Shown piece after piece: positions 32,832-41,627 of a stretch of 53,846 nt of DNA; position 1 is the first letter of the stretch, and every line of letters starts with the position of its first letter. The stretch comes from an uncultured Clostridia bacterium (GTDB lineage Bacteria > Bacillota > Clostridia > Oscillospirales > Acutalibacteraceae): assembly GCA_947165755.1 (NCBI GenBank), contig CAMVBR010000001.1:1-53846 (forward strand), given 5' to 3'. The notes beneath the pieces are model-generated. The model saw nothing but the letters and a program-made list of their open reading frames with translations. It was not told the DNA's origin and did no database searches. A program made the translations under genes and the position numbers.

Positions 32832-34079
32832 ATGCCGAAAATAAAGCGGTTCCTGAACGCGCACCGGATCTCTTTCGGTCTGTTCGCGTTTTTGCTCGTT
32901 TACGAGATCGTCATCGGAAATAATCTCTCCCCGTGGCGGATCAGTGAAGATTTCTACGTGTTTTATATCGTTGATTTCAGCATGGGCCTCTGCTCCCGGC
33001 TGCTGCCCGGGGCCGTTTATAACCTTTTGATACATAAATACGATCCCGCCGCTGTTTCCGTCTACGTCACGGTATTGACGGTTCTTTTTTTCGCAGGGGT
33101 CTGTGTTTTGCTCGAAAAACTGCTCAAGGACACCGCCGCGAAGAACCGCGCGCTCTGCCTTGTCTTCGTGCTGCTGTTCCTCACCGGTCCCGCGTCCTTT
33201 TCCATTTTTGTGGTGGGCCTTGGCATCATGGACCTGCACTGGATGCTGCTCACGGTTCTGTTTTTTGTATTTCTTTCAAACAAACGGCTTTATTTCCTGA
33301 TCCCGCCGCTGTTTGCGCTGGGGGTGGCCGTGCACTACGGCAGTATGATCTGCTACCTGCCGCTCATGGCGATCGTGCTGCTGTATAAGATCTCCTTTGC
33401 CGAAGACCGCGCCGAGAAAAAGCTGCTCTGGGCGGTGTTTGCGCTGAGCATCGTTTTTGCCTTCGGCAGCACGGTGTACGTCATGATGTTCGAGGAGCGA
33501 AGCCTGGTTTACACCATAGAGGAATTCGACGAAATCCTTGCCGCCCGCGGCGCAAAAAAGTTTTACTATTACGATTACGAATTATATAAACAGATCGTGG
33601 GCGGGCCCAACGGCGACGTGAGCTATGAATACGTTACCGAGGCAGGCAATGTGTTTTCCCGTATGCTGCGCCACGCGATCGCTCAGATGAACACCACCTT
33701 CTCTCAGAATTTCAAAATCGGCGATCTCAAGGAGATCCTGCTGGCGATCCTTGCCGTTCTGCCCGTTTACGGCGTTGTGTTTGCCGCTTTGGGCGACCGC
33801 TTCTTCGACCATACGCAAAAAAACGGTCTGCGGAAATTCGCGCTGCTGCTGGCGCCGCTGCTGGTGCTGCTGATGCTGGTATCTCTGGTGTTCTTTTCCA
33901 CCGATACCTTCCGCTGGATCTCCCATATGTTCCTGTGTCTGATGACGTTGTTCTTTTACGCGTCGCTTCACGACGGAGAACGTCTTTGGGCGGCGGTCCG
34001 CCGCGTTTCCGAATGGGTCCCCGCGCCGGTTACCGCGCTGTTCTTAACGTATTACGCCGTGCTGGCGCCAACGATGTAA
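32832..34079 (+). CDS. Polytopic membrane protein of unknown function (D[FY]SMG family; paralog of 43054-44442)
   Basis: Track ORF 32718-34079 trimmed to MPKIKRFL.. (GAGAGGAGG upstream). Many hydrophobic segments. IVDFSMGLCSRLLPGAVYN resembles LFDYSMGFVSRAFAGEIIS in the 43054-44442 product. Confidence 0.7.
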   Translation: MPKIKRFLNAHRISFGLFAFLLVYEIVIGNNLSPWRISEDFYVFYIVDFSMGLCSRLLPGAVYNLLIHKYDPAAVSVYVTVLTVLFFAGVCVLLEKLLKDTAAKNRALCLVFVLLFLTGPASFSIFVVGLGIMDLHWMLLTVLFFVFLSNKRLYFLIPPLFALGVAVHYGSMICYLPLMAIVLLYKISFAEDRAEKKLLWAVFALSIVFAFGSTVYVMMFEERSLVYTIEEFDEILAARGAKKFYYYDYELYKQIVGGPNGDVSYEYVTEAGNVFSRMLRHAIAQMNTTFSQNFKIGDLKEILLAILAVLPVYGVVFAALGDRFFDHTQKNGLRKFALLLAPLLVLLMLVSLVFFSTDTFRWISHMFLCLMTLFFYASLHDGERLWAAVRRVSEWVPAPVTALFLTYYAVLAPTM

Positions 34080-34089
34080 AGGAGGGTTT

Positions 34090-34785
34090 ATGAAAAAGTA
34101 TTTCGCGCCGCTCTTCTTTTTGGTGTGCTGGTGCGTTTCCACGGCGGTGGACGGGCCTTTGGGACTGATCCCGGTGGCCGGGTTTGCCGCGGCGCTGGCG
34201 TGTGTGCTGCTCGTCAAAAATAAAGCCGTCTTGTTCTGCGCCGCCGGCGCGGTGTGTATCGGTATGTGCGTATATGATATCGGTTTCCTTCGTTTCGTGC
34301 CCGCGCTGGCGCTGCTGGCGGGGCGCCGCGCGGCTATGGCGCCCCTGCCGAAAAAGAAAGAAAAAAGAAGCGGCCGCTCCGACGCGGTTTATACGGCTTG
34401 CCTTGTGAGCTTGGCTGCGGCGGCTGTTCCGCTGATCGGCAATATCCGCGCGTGTGCGCAGGGCGGTTTCTCTTTTTCCGTCAGCCGCCGGTTCTGGCTG
34501 CTGCCGCTGCTCGCCGTGTATTTCATTTTTCTCTGCGCCGCAGCCCGTCGGCAGCTGAAGCGTACGCCGCTGTTCCTGCTTTACGTTTGCGGGGGCGTAT
34601 GCTTTACGGTATCCTCCGTGGGGTACGTGCTGGATCCTGTAGGCGTCCGGATGGCCGGGGTCGTATTTCCGTGGCTGCTCTTCTTTGCCGCGGCGTCGGT
34701 TTCGGGCGATCCCGCGCTGCAGGCGTTCGCGGATGGAATCAAACCGCGTTTGGGGCGTTTCCTTGATGCCCGGGAGGAAGCATGA
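34090..34785 (+). CDS. Small polytopic membrane protein, unknown function
   Basis: AAAGGAGGG RBS. 231 aa with several hydrophobic segments and a basic loop (PKKKEKRSGRS). I recognised no motif. Confidence 0.6.
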   Translation: MKKYFAPLFFLVCWCVSTAVDGPLGLIPVAGFAAALACVLLVKNKAVLFCAAGAVCIGMCVYDIGFLRFVPALALLAGRRAAMAPLPKKKEKRSGRSDAVYTACLVSLAAAAVPLIGNIRACAQGGFSFSVSRRFWLLPLLAVYFIFLCAAARRQLKRTPLFLLYVCGGVCFTVSSVGYVLDPVGVRMAGVVFPWLLFFAAASVSGDPALQAFADGIKPRLGRFLDAREEA

Positions 34786-35678
34786 CGTATCTTGTTGCGG
34801 GCGCCGGATTCCTCGGCGCGTATCTTCTTCGGTATCTCTCCGCGCACACAGAAGCGCCGATCCTGGCCGCCGTGCGCGATCTTTCCGATACCCTGCCGCT
34901 GCCGGGCGTGCGTTACGTCGCCTTTGACGTGACCGATCCCGATTCTCTGCGGCGGCTGGCGGCGGCATGCGGCGGGGAAGCGCTCACCGTGTTTTATTTC
35001 GCCGCCTGCCATAACGTGGATTATCTATTTGAGCATCCGGACGAGGCAAAAAAGGTGAACCTCGAAGGGCTTTCCCTGTTTCTGGAAACGGTTGGGCATA
35101 TAGAGAAGCTGTTTTTTGCCTCCACAGACTGCGTTTACGGCGAAAACCCGCCCGATGTGCCGAAGCTGAAGGAAACGGACCCCTGCGTTCCGGTGAACGA
35201 ATACGGCCGCCAGAAGCTGGCGGCGGAAAAAATCGTGCGGGCGCGGGGCTTTACCGCGGTGCGGTTTCCGTATATGATGGGCCCCTCCCTTCTGAAAAAA
35301 CGCCACTTCTACGATCGGCTCGCCGCGCTTCTTGCCGCCGGGCAGCCGGTGGAAATGCTGGACGGCATGGTGCGCTCCGCGCTCTCCTACGAAACGGCCG
35401 CGCGGCTGCTGGCGCGGCTGTCCGATCTGCCCGCCGACCGTCTTCCCCCCGCCGTGAACCTCTGCGGCGACGCCGCGCTCAGCAAATACGAGCTGGGGCT
35501 GATCATCGCAAAGGCCTGCGGCGCGCCCGAAAGCCTTGTGCTGCCGCTGCCGGAGGCGGAAGGGCAGCGCTTTTTCAAGGATCGCCGCGCCTCCCGCACG
35601 GTGATGGATAACGATCTGCTCAAACGCCTGCTCGGACTGTCCGAAGTCGGCTTCGGCGGATGGTCCTTCGCGGAATGA
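34782..35678 (+). CDS. SDR-family sugar-nucleotide reductase/epimerase
   Basis: ATGA overlap with the upstream gene. VAGAGFLGAYL glycine motif and a YGRQK (YxxxK) motif. Confidence 0.8.
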   Translation: MTYLVAGAGFLGAYLLRYLSAHTEAPILAAVRDLSDTLPLPGVRYVAFDVTDPDSLRRLAAACGGEALTVFYFAACHNVDYLFEHPDEAKKVNLEGLSLFLETVGHIEKLFFASTDCVYGENPPDVPKLKETDPCVPVNEYGRQKLAAEKIVRARGFTAVRFPYMMGPSLLKKRHFYDRLAALLAAGQPVEMLDGMVRSALSYETAARLLARLSDLPADRLPPAVNLCGDAALSKYELGLIIAKACGAPESLVLPLPEAEGQRFFKDRRASRTVMDNDLLKRLLGLSEVGFGGWSFAE

Positions 35679-35715
35679 CCCGCCGCACATCTTTTTCGCT
35701 GTGGATATAGGGAAG

Positions 35716-35745
35716 CGTCATTTTCTTATGAAAAGGGCGTTTTTT
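35716..35745 (+). terminator. Possible terminator ending the 23050-35678 operon
   Basis: Imperfect hairpin CGTCATTTTC (35716-35725), loop TTAT, GAAAAGGGCG (35730-35739), then T6. Confidence 0.45.
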
Positions 35746-35780
35746 GTATGTGTTTTACTTTGCGCGCAACGGTTCGGGTG

Positions 35781-35810
35781 TTGACTTTTTGTTTGCAGAT
35801 ATGATATGAT
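35781..35810 (+). promoter_or_regulatory. SigA-type promoter (extended -10) for the 35844-41564 operon
   Basis: TTGACT (35781-35786), an 18-nt spacer ending in TGa, then TATGAT (35805-35810). Confidence 0.45.
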
Positions 35811-35843
35811 AATTTAGACTATCCTGAAAGAAATGGTTTTTTC

Positions 35844-36560
35844 ATGATCGGTGTGATTCTTGCCGGGGGAGAGGGCGTTCGTTTTTCTCCCGGCGGCTGC
35901 TGCAAACCGCTGCTGCAGATCAACGGCCGCAGCCTGATTGAGCATACGTTGACGCACCTGGCCTCGTTCGGCATGAACAGGGCCTTGATCGTTGTGGGAA
36001 AATACGGCCCGATTCTCCGCGCCGCCCTCGGGGATCGCCGCTGCGGCGTATCTTTGGAGTACGTTGCGCAGCCCAGGCCGCTGGGCCTGATGAACGCGCT
36101 GTATCTGGTCGCCGCCGGAACCGGGGACGAGGACGTGGCGCTGTGCCTCGGCGACGAGTTCTTTCTTGCCCCGGACGTTTCCGTTCTCACGCGGCTGGCG
36201 CAGGCGGATTTCCTCTGCGGCTATACCGTGCCGGAGGAAAGGGAGCAGATCCTTGAAAACTACGCGCTGCTCTGCGATGAGAACAATACGGTCCTGCGCA
36301 CGGTGGAAAAACCCGCCGCGCCGTTCAACGAGAAAAAGGGCACGGGTATGTGTTTCTTCCGCGGGGGCTGCATGGCCGATCTGCGCGGCTTTTACGCCGA
36401 AGATCAGGGCGCGGGCAGCGATCTCTGCGATTTTATCAACCGGCTGGTTTCCGTCGGCAGAAGGGGAGAGGCCGTGCGCATCGCCGAACGGGAGGTCAAT
36501 ATCAACGACCCCCGAAAGCTGGAGCTTGCCGCCCTTCTGGCGCAGGAGGCCGGCGTATGA
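35844..36560 (+). CDS. Sugar-phosphate nucleotidyltransferase
   Basis: N-terminal MIGVILAGGEGVRF....KPLLQINGRSLIEH signature of the NTP_transferase family; 238 aa. The RBS is weak. Confidence 0.8.
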   Translation: MIGVILAGGEGVRFSPGGCCKPLLQINGRSLIEHTLTHLASFGMNRALIVVGKYGPILRAALGDRRCGVSLEYVAQPRPLGLMNALYLVAAGTGDEDVALCLGDEFFLAPDVSVLTRLAQADFLCGYTVPEEREQILENYALLCDENNTVLRTVEKPAAPFNEKKGTGMCFFRGGCMADLRGFYAEDQGAGSDLCDFINRLVSVGRRGEAVRIAEREVNINDPRKLELAALLAQEAGV

Positions 36561-38029
36561 ACCGGGTGCTGCTGCTCTATCCGCCCGGAAAGCTCTATCA
36601 GCGCAGCGAAGACCGGGCCCAGTGCAATATCAGCGATTCGGCGGCCGTTTCGGTGCACGCCTGCAACGATCTGGGCTACGCCGCGGCGGTGCTGCGGGCG
36701 GAGGGGTACGAGCTTTTGCTGCGGGATTACCAGACCGCTGGCGCGTCCGAAAGCGACGCGCTTGCCGAGATCGCCGCGTTTCAGCCCGATCTGGCGGTGC
36801 TCAGCACCACGAATTCCTCCGTGCTTGACGATCTTGCCTTCCTTGACCGGATGCGGGCCGCCGTCGGCAAAAAATGCGTTTGCGCCGTCAAGGGCGCGGT
36901 GTTTTACGATATCGATCCCGCGCTGCTGGGCGACCTGCCGCTTTCCGGGATCGATTGCCTGATCGGCACCGAAATGGAGTTCGCCGTCAGCGCCGTCGCG
37001 GCACATTATCTGCGGCATGAGGGTGCGCTCTCACAGGTGGGGGGTATTCTCTATAAACAGGACGGCGTGTTTGTGAAAACCCTCTTCTGCTGCGGCGAGA
37101 ACGATCTCGATTCGCTGCCGTTCCCGGCGCGGGACCTGATGGATAATTCCCTATACGTGCGGCCGGATACCGGCGAAATGATGGCCACCGTGCAAACCGC
37201 GCTGGGCTGTCCCTCCGGCTGTATTTACTGTCTTACCCCGGTCATCTCCGGGAAGTCCGTGCGCCGCCGCCGTGTGGAGAACGTTTTCCGGGAGATCGAA
37301 GAGTGCTATTATAAGTATCATATCCGCAATTTCTTTTTCAGGGCGGATACGTTCACCATAGACGAGGGCTGGGCCGCCGCGCTGTGCGATGCGATCGTCG
37401 CTTCGCCCTTGCATGGGAAGATCGCCTTTACCGCCAATTCCCGCGCCAAGCCCCTTTCAGCGGCGCTGCTGCGGAAAATGAAGGACGCAGGCTGCTTTAC
37501 CGTGGCCGTGGGCTTCGAGAGCGGCAGCAACGAAACGCTCGCCCGCATCAAAAAAGGGACCACCGTGGAGGATAATCTGCGGGCCGCCGCGCTCATCCAT
37601 GCCGCCGGCATTCCGCTGTTCGGCTTTTTTATGCTCGGGTTCCCGTGGGAAACCGAAGAGATGATCGAAGAAACCGCCGCGCTCATCCGCAAAACGAAGC
37701 CGGATTTTATAGAGGTGCATATCGCCATGCCGTTCTACGGCACCGGGCTTTACAGGGAATGTGAGGCCGCCGGTACGCTCTCCGGCAGCGGGTTCGGGCG
37801 CGACGTTTACGCGCCGAATACCGTGGGTACGCGCTTCGTGCCCATGCGTAAGCTGCTCCGGTTAAAAAAACGGATGCTGCGCCGGTTTTATCTGCGGCCG
37901 TCGTATCTTCTGCGCAAGCTGCTGCCGGCGCTGAGAAACCCTACGGTATTCGCGAATTACGTTCGTTACGGTCTGCGCCTGGCGGCGCACATGATTTTCC
38001 GCGGCCCACGCAGGGACTGCGGCAATTGA
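36557..38029 (+). CDS. Cobalamin-binding-type radical SAM enzyme (different subfamily, ~490 aa), module E
   Basis: Track ORF 36350-38029 trimmed to MNRVLLLYPP.. (ATGA overlap with the nucleotidyltransferase stop). PDLAVLSTT Rossmann-like segment and CX3CX2C at about 37201-37236 (LGCPSGCIYC), then GFESGS and GFPWET. Confidence 0.85.
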   Translation: MNRVLLLYPPGKLYQRSEDRAQCNISDSAAVSVHACNDLGYAAAVLRAEGYELLLRDYQTAGASESDALAEIAAFQPDLAVLSTTNSSVLDDLAFLDRMRAAVGKKCVCAVKGAVFYDIDPALLGDLPLSGIDCLIGTEMEFAVSAVAAHYLRHEGALSQVGGILYKQDGVFVKTLFCCGENDLDSLPFPARDLMDNSLYVRPDTGEMMATVQTALGCPSGCIYCLTPVISGKSVRRRRVENVFREIEECYYKYHIRNFFFRADTFTIDEGWAAALCDAIVASPLHGKIAFTANSRAKPLSAALLRKMKDAGCFTVAVGFESGSNETLARIKKGTTVEDNLRAAALIHAAGIPLFGFFMLGFPWETEEMIEETAALIRKTKPDFIEVHIAMPFYGTGLYRECEAAGTLSGSGFGRDVYAPNTVGTRFVPMRKLLRLKKRMLRRFYLRPSYLLRKLLPALRNPTVFANYVRYGLRLAAHMIFRGPRRDCGN

Positions 38030-38042
38030 GCGGAGGCGCCCT

Positions 38043-38975
38043 ATGAAAAAAATGATCACGGTGTCCGTGCCCGTATATAATGAAGAAGAGAATATCCGCC
38101 CGTGCTGCGAGCGGATCACCGCGGTGATGCGCGGGCTTTCCGCCTACGATTACGAGATCGTGTTTTTTGACGACGGTTCCACAGACGGCTCGCGGCGGAT
38201 CATCGAGGCCCTCTGCGCGGAGGACCCGCACGTGAAGGCCGTATTTTATACCCGCAATTTCGGTTATTCCAAAACCGTGTTCTACTGCATGCAGCAGGCA
38301 AAGGGGGACGCCGCCGTGCTGGTGCACTGCGATCTGCAGAATCCCCCCGAGGAGATCCCCCGGCTGGTGGAGAAGTGGGAGCAGGGCGCGGACGCCGTTC
38401 TGGGCGTGAAAACCAAAAGCCGCGAAAACCGGTTCCTGTATTTTTTGCGCACCGTATGCTACCGGCTGGCCAAAGCGCTTTTCGGCATGAAGCTGATCCC
38501 CCACGCCACTGAATTCGAGCTGCTCGACCGCAGCCTGCTGCAGGCGCTTGCGGCCATGGACCCGCCTCAGCCGTTTCTGCGGGGGATCGTGCGGGAATAC
38601 GCCCGCCGCCCGGAGACGGTCGCCTACACGCAGGACCGCCGCGCCGCGGGAAGATCCCATTTCAGCCCCGGCAAATACTACGACTTTGCCGTGGGCGCTA
38701 TGGTCAACGCCTCCCGCTGCCTGCCCCGCAGGCTGCTGCTGGTTTCTTTGCTCGGGGGGCTGGGCTGGCTGCTCGAGCTGCTGCTGCGCTTCGTGCCTGC
38801 CGCGGGCGTCATGGAGCAAAACGTATTGTGGAACGGCGTCATGCTCCGTTTCTGCGCGCTGCTGCTGCTCCTTTTGCTCGGCGCAGGGGCGATCGGGTTC
38901 GAGTATCTGATCGCCGTGTTCCGCAATACCGCGGCGCGGTTCCCGATCATTGAGGAACGCCGGATCGGCTACTGA
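38043..38975 (+). CDS. GT2 polyprenyl-phosphate glycosyltransferase (GtrB/DPM1-like) with a C-terminal TM pair
   Basis: VSVPVYNEEENI, FFDDGSTDGS and HCDLQNPP, with C-terminal hydrophobic helices. Confidence 0.85.
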   Translation: MKKMITVSVPVYNEEENIRPCCERITAVMRGLSAYDYEIVFFDDGSTDGSRRIIEALCAEDPHVKAVFYTRNFGYSKTVFYCMQQAKGDAAVLVHCDLQNPPEEIPRLVEKWEQGADAVLGVKTKSRENRFLYFLRTVCYRLAKALFGMKLIPHATEFELLDRSLLQALAAMDPPQPFLRGIVREYARRPETVAYTQDRRAAGRSHFSPGKYYDFAVGAMVNASRCLPRRLLLVSLLGGLGWLLELLLRFVPAAGVMEQNVLWNGVMLRFCALLLLLLLGAGAIGFEYLIAVFRNTAARFPIIEERRIGY

Positions 38976-39056
38976 CGGCGGCCGTGCTTCCCCGGGCAGC
39001 GCTATGCCTGCAGAAACTGCGGCGTCCGTATTATGCAAACGTAAGGAGGGCGCAAA

Positions 39057-40037
39057 ATGCTGATCACAAGAACCCCGTTCCGCATGTCCTTTTTCGGCGG
39101 CGGCACGGATTACTGCGATTATTACGCCAACTACGGCGGCAGAGTACTTTCCACCACCGTCGATAAATACTGCTATCTTTCCATGCGTGAGCTGCCGCCC
39201 TTCTTTGATTATAAGAGCCAGTTCACCTATTCGCGCATCGAGCGCTTCAACAGCGCCGACGAGGTCAGTCATCCGCTGGTGCGCGCGGCGCTGAAGTACC
39301 TGCCTGTGGAGCATCTGCAGCTGGCGTACGACGCCGATCTGCCCGCCTCCTCGGGCATCGGCTCCAGCTCCGCCTTCGCGGTGGGGCTGCTGCAGGGGCT
39401 GCACGCCATGCGGGGCGAATATCCCGACCGTATGACGCTGGCCAAAGAGGCCGTCTATCTGGAACGCGAAATGTGCGGCGAGGCCGGCGGCGTGCAGGAT
39501 CAGCTCGCGGCCGCGTTCGGCGGGCTGAACCGGATGGATTTTTCCGCCGAGGGCTTCCGCGTGACCCCGCTGGCGATTTCGGCGGCGCGCAAAAAGGAGC
39601 TGCAAAGCCGCCTGATGCTGGTGTTCACCGGGTTCACGCATTTTTCCGGGGCTGTGGCGGAGGAACAGAAAAAAAATATTCCCTCCACGATCAAGCAGCT
39701 CGATGAGATGAAGGCCATGGTGGATCTGGCCGAAGAGATCCTTCGGGGCGGCGACCTGGATGATTTCGGGCTGCTGCTGCACCATACGTGGGAGCTCAAG
39801 CGTTCCCTTTCCAACCGCATCACCAATTACGAGATCGACCTGCTCTATACGCGTCTTCGCAACGCGGGCGCCCTGGGCGGCAAGCTGCTGGGGGCCGGCA
39901 GCGGCGGCTTTATGCTGCTGTTCGTGCCGCCGGAGCGGCAGCCGTATATCCGGCAGACGTTTTCCGAATACCGCTTTATCCCGTTTGCCTTTGAAAACAG
40001 CGGCACCACGATCCTGTATCAGAACGAAACGGAATAA
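39057..40037 (+). CDS. GHMP-family sugar kinase (HddA-like heptose/hexose-phosphate kinase type)
   Basis: AAGGAGGG RBS. N-terminal ITRTPFRMSFFGGGTDY, GHMP motif PASSGIGSSSAFAV, and a C-terminal GGKLLGAGSGGF. Confidence 0.85.
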   Translation: MLITRTPFRMSFFGGGTDYCDYYANYGGRVLSTTVDKYCYLSMRELPPFFDYKSQFTYSRIERFNSADEVSHPLVRAALKYLPVEHLQLAYDADLPASSGIGSSSAFAVGLLQGLHAMRGEYPDRMTLAKEAVYLEREMCGEAGGVQDQLAAAFGGLNRMDFSAEGFRVTPLAISAARKKELQSRLMLVFTGFTHFSGAVAEEQKKNIPSTIKQLDEMKAMVDLAEEILRGGDLDDFGLLLHHTWELKRSLSNRITNYEIDLLYTRLRNAGALGGKLLGAGSGGFMLLFVPPERQPYIRQTFSEYRFIPFAFENSGTTILYQNETE

Positions 40038-40073
40038 CCGCCGCCCGTATCCAACGAAAAGAGGAGCTGCGCT

Positions 40074-41564
40074 TTGAATATTCTCCTGATCAATCCCAAA
40101 GCCGATATGTCGAACCGTGCGCTTACGCTGCCGCTCGGTCTTCTTTCGATCGCCTCGTATCTTTCGGCGCACGGGCACAGGGTGCGGCTGCTGGACCGGG
40201 CCGTGGAGCTGCAGCCCATCGAAACGGTGGCCGAGGCGTTCTCGCCGGAGATCGTCGGCGTTTCTCTGATCTCCTATAAATCCCTCGAGGATGCGCTCTT
40301 CGTTTCGGAATATTTCAAGAAAAGCGGGCTGCCGGTCATATGGGGCGGCCCCACCGCCTCGGCGCTGCCGAAGGCCGTATTCAAAAACGACTGTGTGGAC
40401 GCCATCTCGCTGAGCGAGGGGGAGGATACCTGGCTGGACCTGGCAAACGCCTATGCCGCCGGCGCGCCGGACCTTTCCGCGATCCCCGGCCTTGCGCTGC
40501 GAAACGGCAGCGACGGCGTTTTCTATACGCCCGAGCGTCCGTTCCTGGATCTTGCCGTGCTGCCCGATACCGACTGGAGCTTTGTGGACGTGGATAAGTA
40601 TTTTCAGTCGTCCTACGGCTGCAAAAAAATGCTGTATCTGTATTCGGCCAAGGGCTGTCCGTTCAGCTGCGTGTTTTGCTACAACAAGGAATTTCACCGC
40701 TCCACCTACCGCAAGCGCCCCATTGCGCCGCTGCTGCGCGAAATACGGTACCTTGTGACCGAGCACGGCATGGACGGCGTCTATTTCGCCGACGAGCTCT
40801 GGTGCCGCGGCGTGCGGGAAATGCACGAGACCTGCGACGCGCTTGCCTCGCTGCAGCTGGATTTCGTTTGGGGCTGCCAGACGCGCATCGGCATCTTTCA
40901 GCAGGAGGATTTCGAGTATATGTTCCGCGCCGGCTGCCGCTGGGTGTTTTTCGGTGTGGAGAGCGGCTCGAAGCGCATCCTTGAAAAAATGAACAAGCGG
41001 CTGGCCTACGATAAGGTGGAAGAGACCTTCCGCGCCTGCAAAAAGGCCGGCATCGTTGCCATCGGCTCGTTCATCGCGGGCTTTCCCGGCGAAACGGAGG
41101 AGGATCTCCGCCAGACGGTGGCCATGATCGAGCGGCTCGATACCACGCTCATCAACCTCAATTTCTTCATCGTGATGCCCGGCTCCGATATCTATTACCG
41201 GCTGGTCGCCGAGGGCCGCTACCCCGAGATCACCGACCTGCGCCGGCTGGAGGAAGAGGACTTCATGCTGCTGCTGGATTACAACTATTCCGAGGTGCCC
41301 GCCCGGGATCTGCGCGTGGTGCAGTCGTGGTATATGTGGCGGTCCTTCTCGTCCGGCAATATCAACGTGGGCGGCGAGAAGACCTCCTTCACCCGCAAGG
41401 TCATCACCGACGCGCTCCGGTCCCTGCGCGCGGGCTCTTTGAAAGCGCTTGTGCTTTCGGGCTGGTACGCGGTAAAGGAGTTTTCTATCATCGCGTTCTA
41501 CGCCCACGCCTACTCCGGCATCCGCAAAAAATACGGCATTTCACGCCGAAAAAAACATAAATGA
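40074..41564 (+). CDS. Cobalamin-binding-type radical SAM enzyme (~495 aa), module F
   Basis: TTG start after GAGGAG. NILLINPK..LPLGLLSIASYL..GHRVRLLD and PEIVGVS, with CX3CX2C at about 40651-40686 (KGCPFSCVFC), then GVESGS and GFPGETEED. Confidence 0.85.
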   Translation: MNILLINPKADMSNRALTLPLGLLSIASYLSAHGHRVRLLDRAVELQPIETVAEAFSPEIVGVSLISYKSLEDALFVSEYFKKSGLPVIWGGPTASALPKAVFKNDCVDAISLSEGEDTWLDLANAYAAGAPDLSAIPGLALRNGSDGVFYTPERPFLDLAVLPDTDWSFVDVDKYFQSSYGCKKMLYLYSAKGCPFSCVFCYNKEFHRSTYRKRPIAPLLREIRYLVTEHGMDGVYFADELWCRGVREMHETCDALASLQLDFVWGCQTRIGIFQQEDFEYMFRAGCRWVFFGVESGSKRILEKMNKRLAYDKVEETFRACKKAGIVAIGSFIAGFPGETEEDLRQTVAMIERLDTTLINLNFFIVMPGSDIYYRLVAEGRYPEITDLRRLEEEDFMLLLDYNYSEVPARDLRVVQSWYMWRSFSSGNINVGGEKTSFTRKVITDALRSLRAGSLKALVLSGWYAVKEFSIIAFYAHAYSGIRKKYGISRRKKHK

Positions 41565-41566
41565 AA

Positions 41567-41600
41567 ACGGTATCTCCGCATCGGGAGGTACCGTTTTTTT
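41567..41600. terminator. Rho-independent terminator (between convergent operons)
   Basis: ACGGTATCTCC (41567-41577), loop GCATCG, GGAGGTACCGT (41584-41594; one G-U pair), running into T7. Confidence 0.75.
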
Positions 41601-41627
41601 CGGTCATAAGGTGAGCGAAATTTGAAC

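Noticed and set aside
37941-41507. 1188-aa minus-strand ORF
   Set aside because: It runs antisense across four well-supported plus-strand genes (GT2, GHMP kinase, two radical SAM genes). Its translation is R/G/H/Q/A-rich with no motifs.
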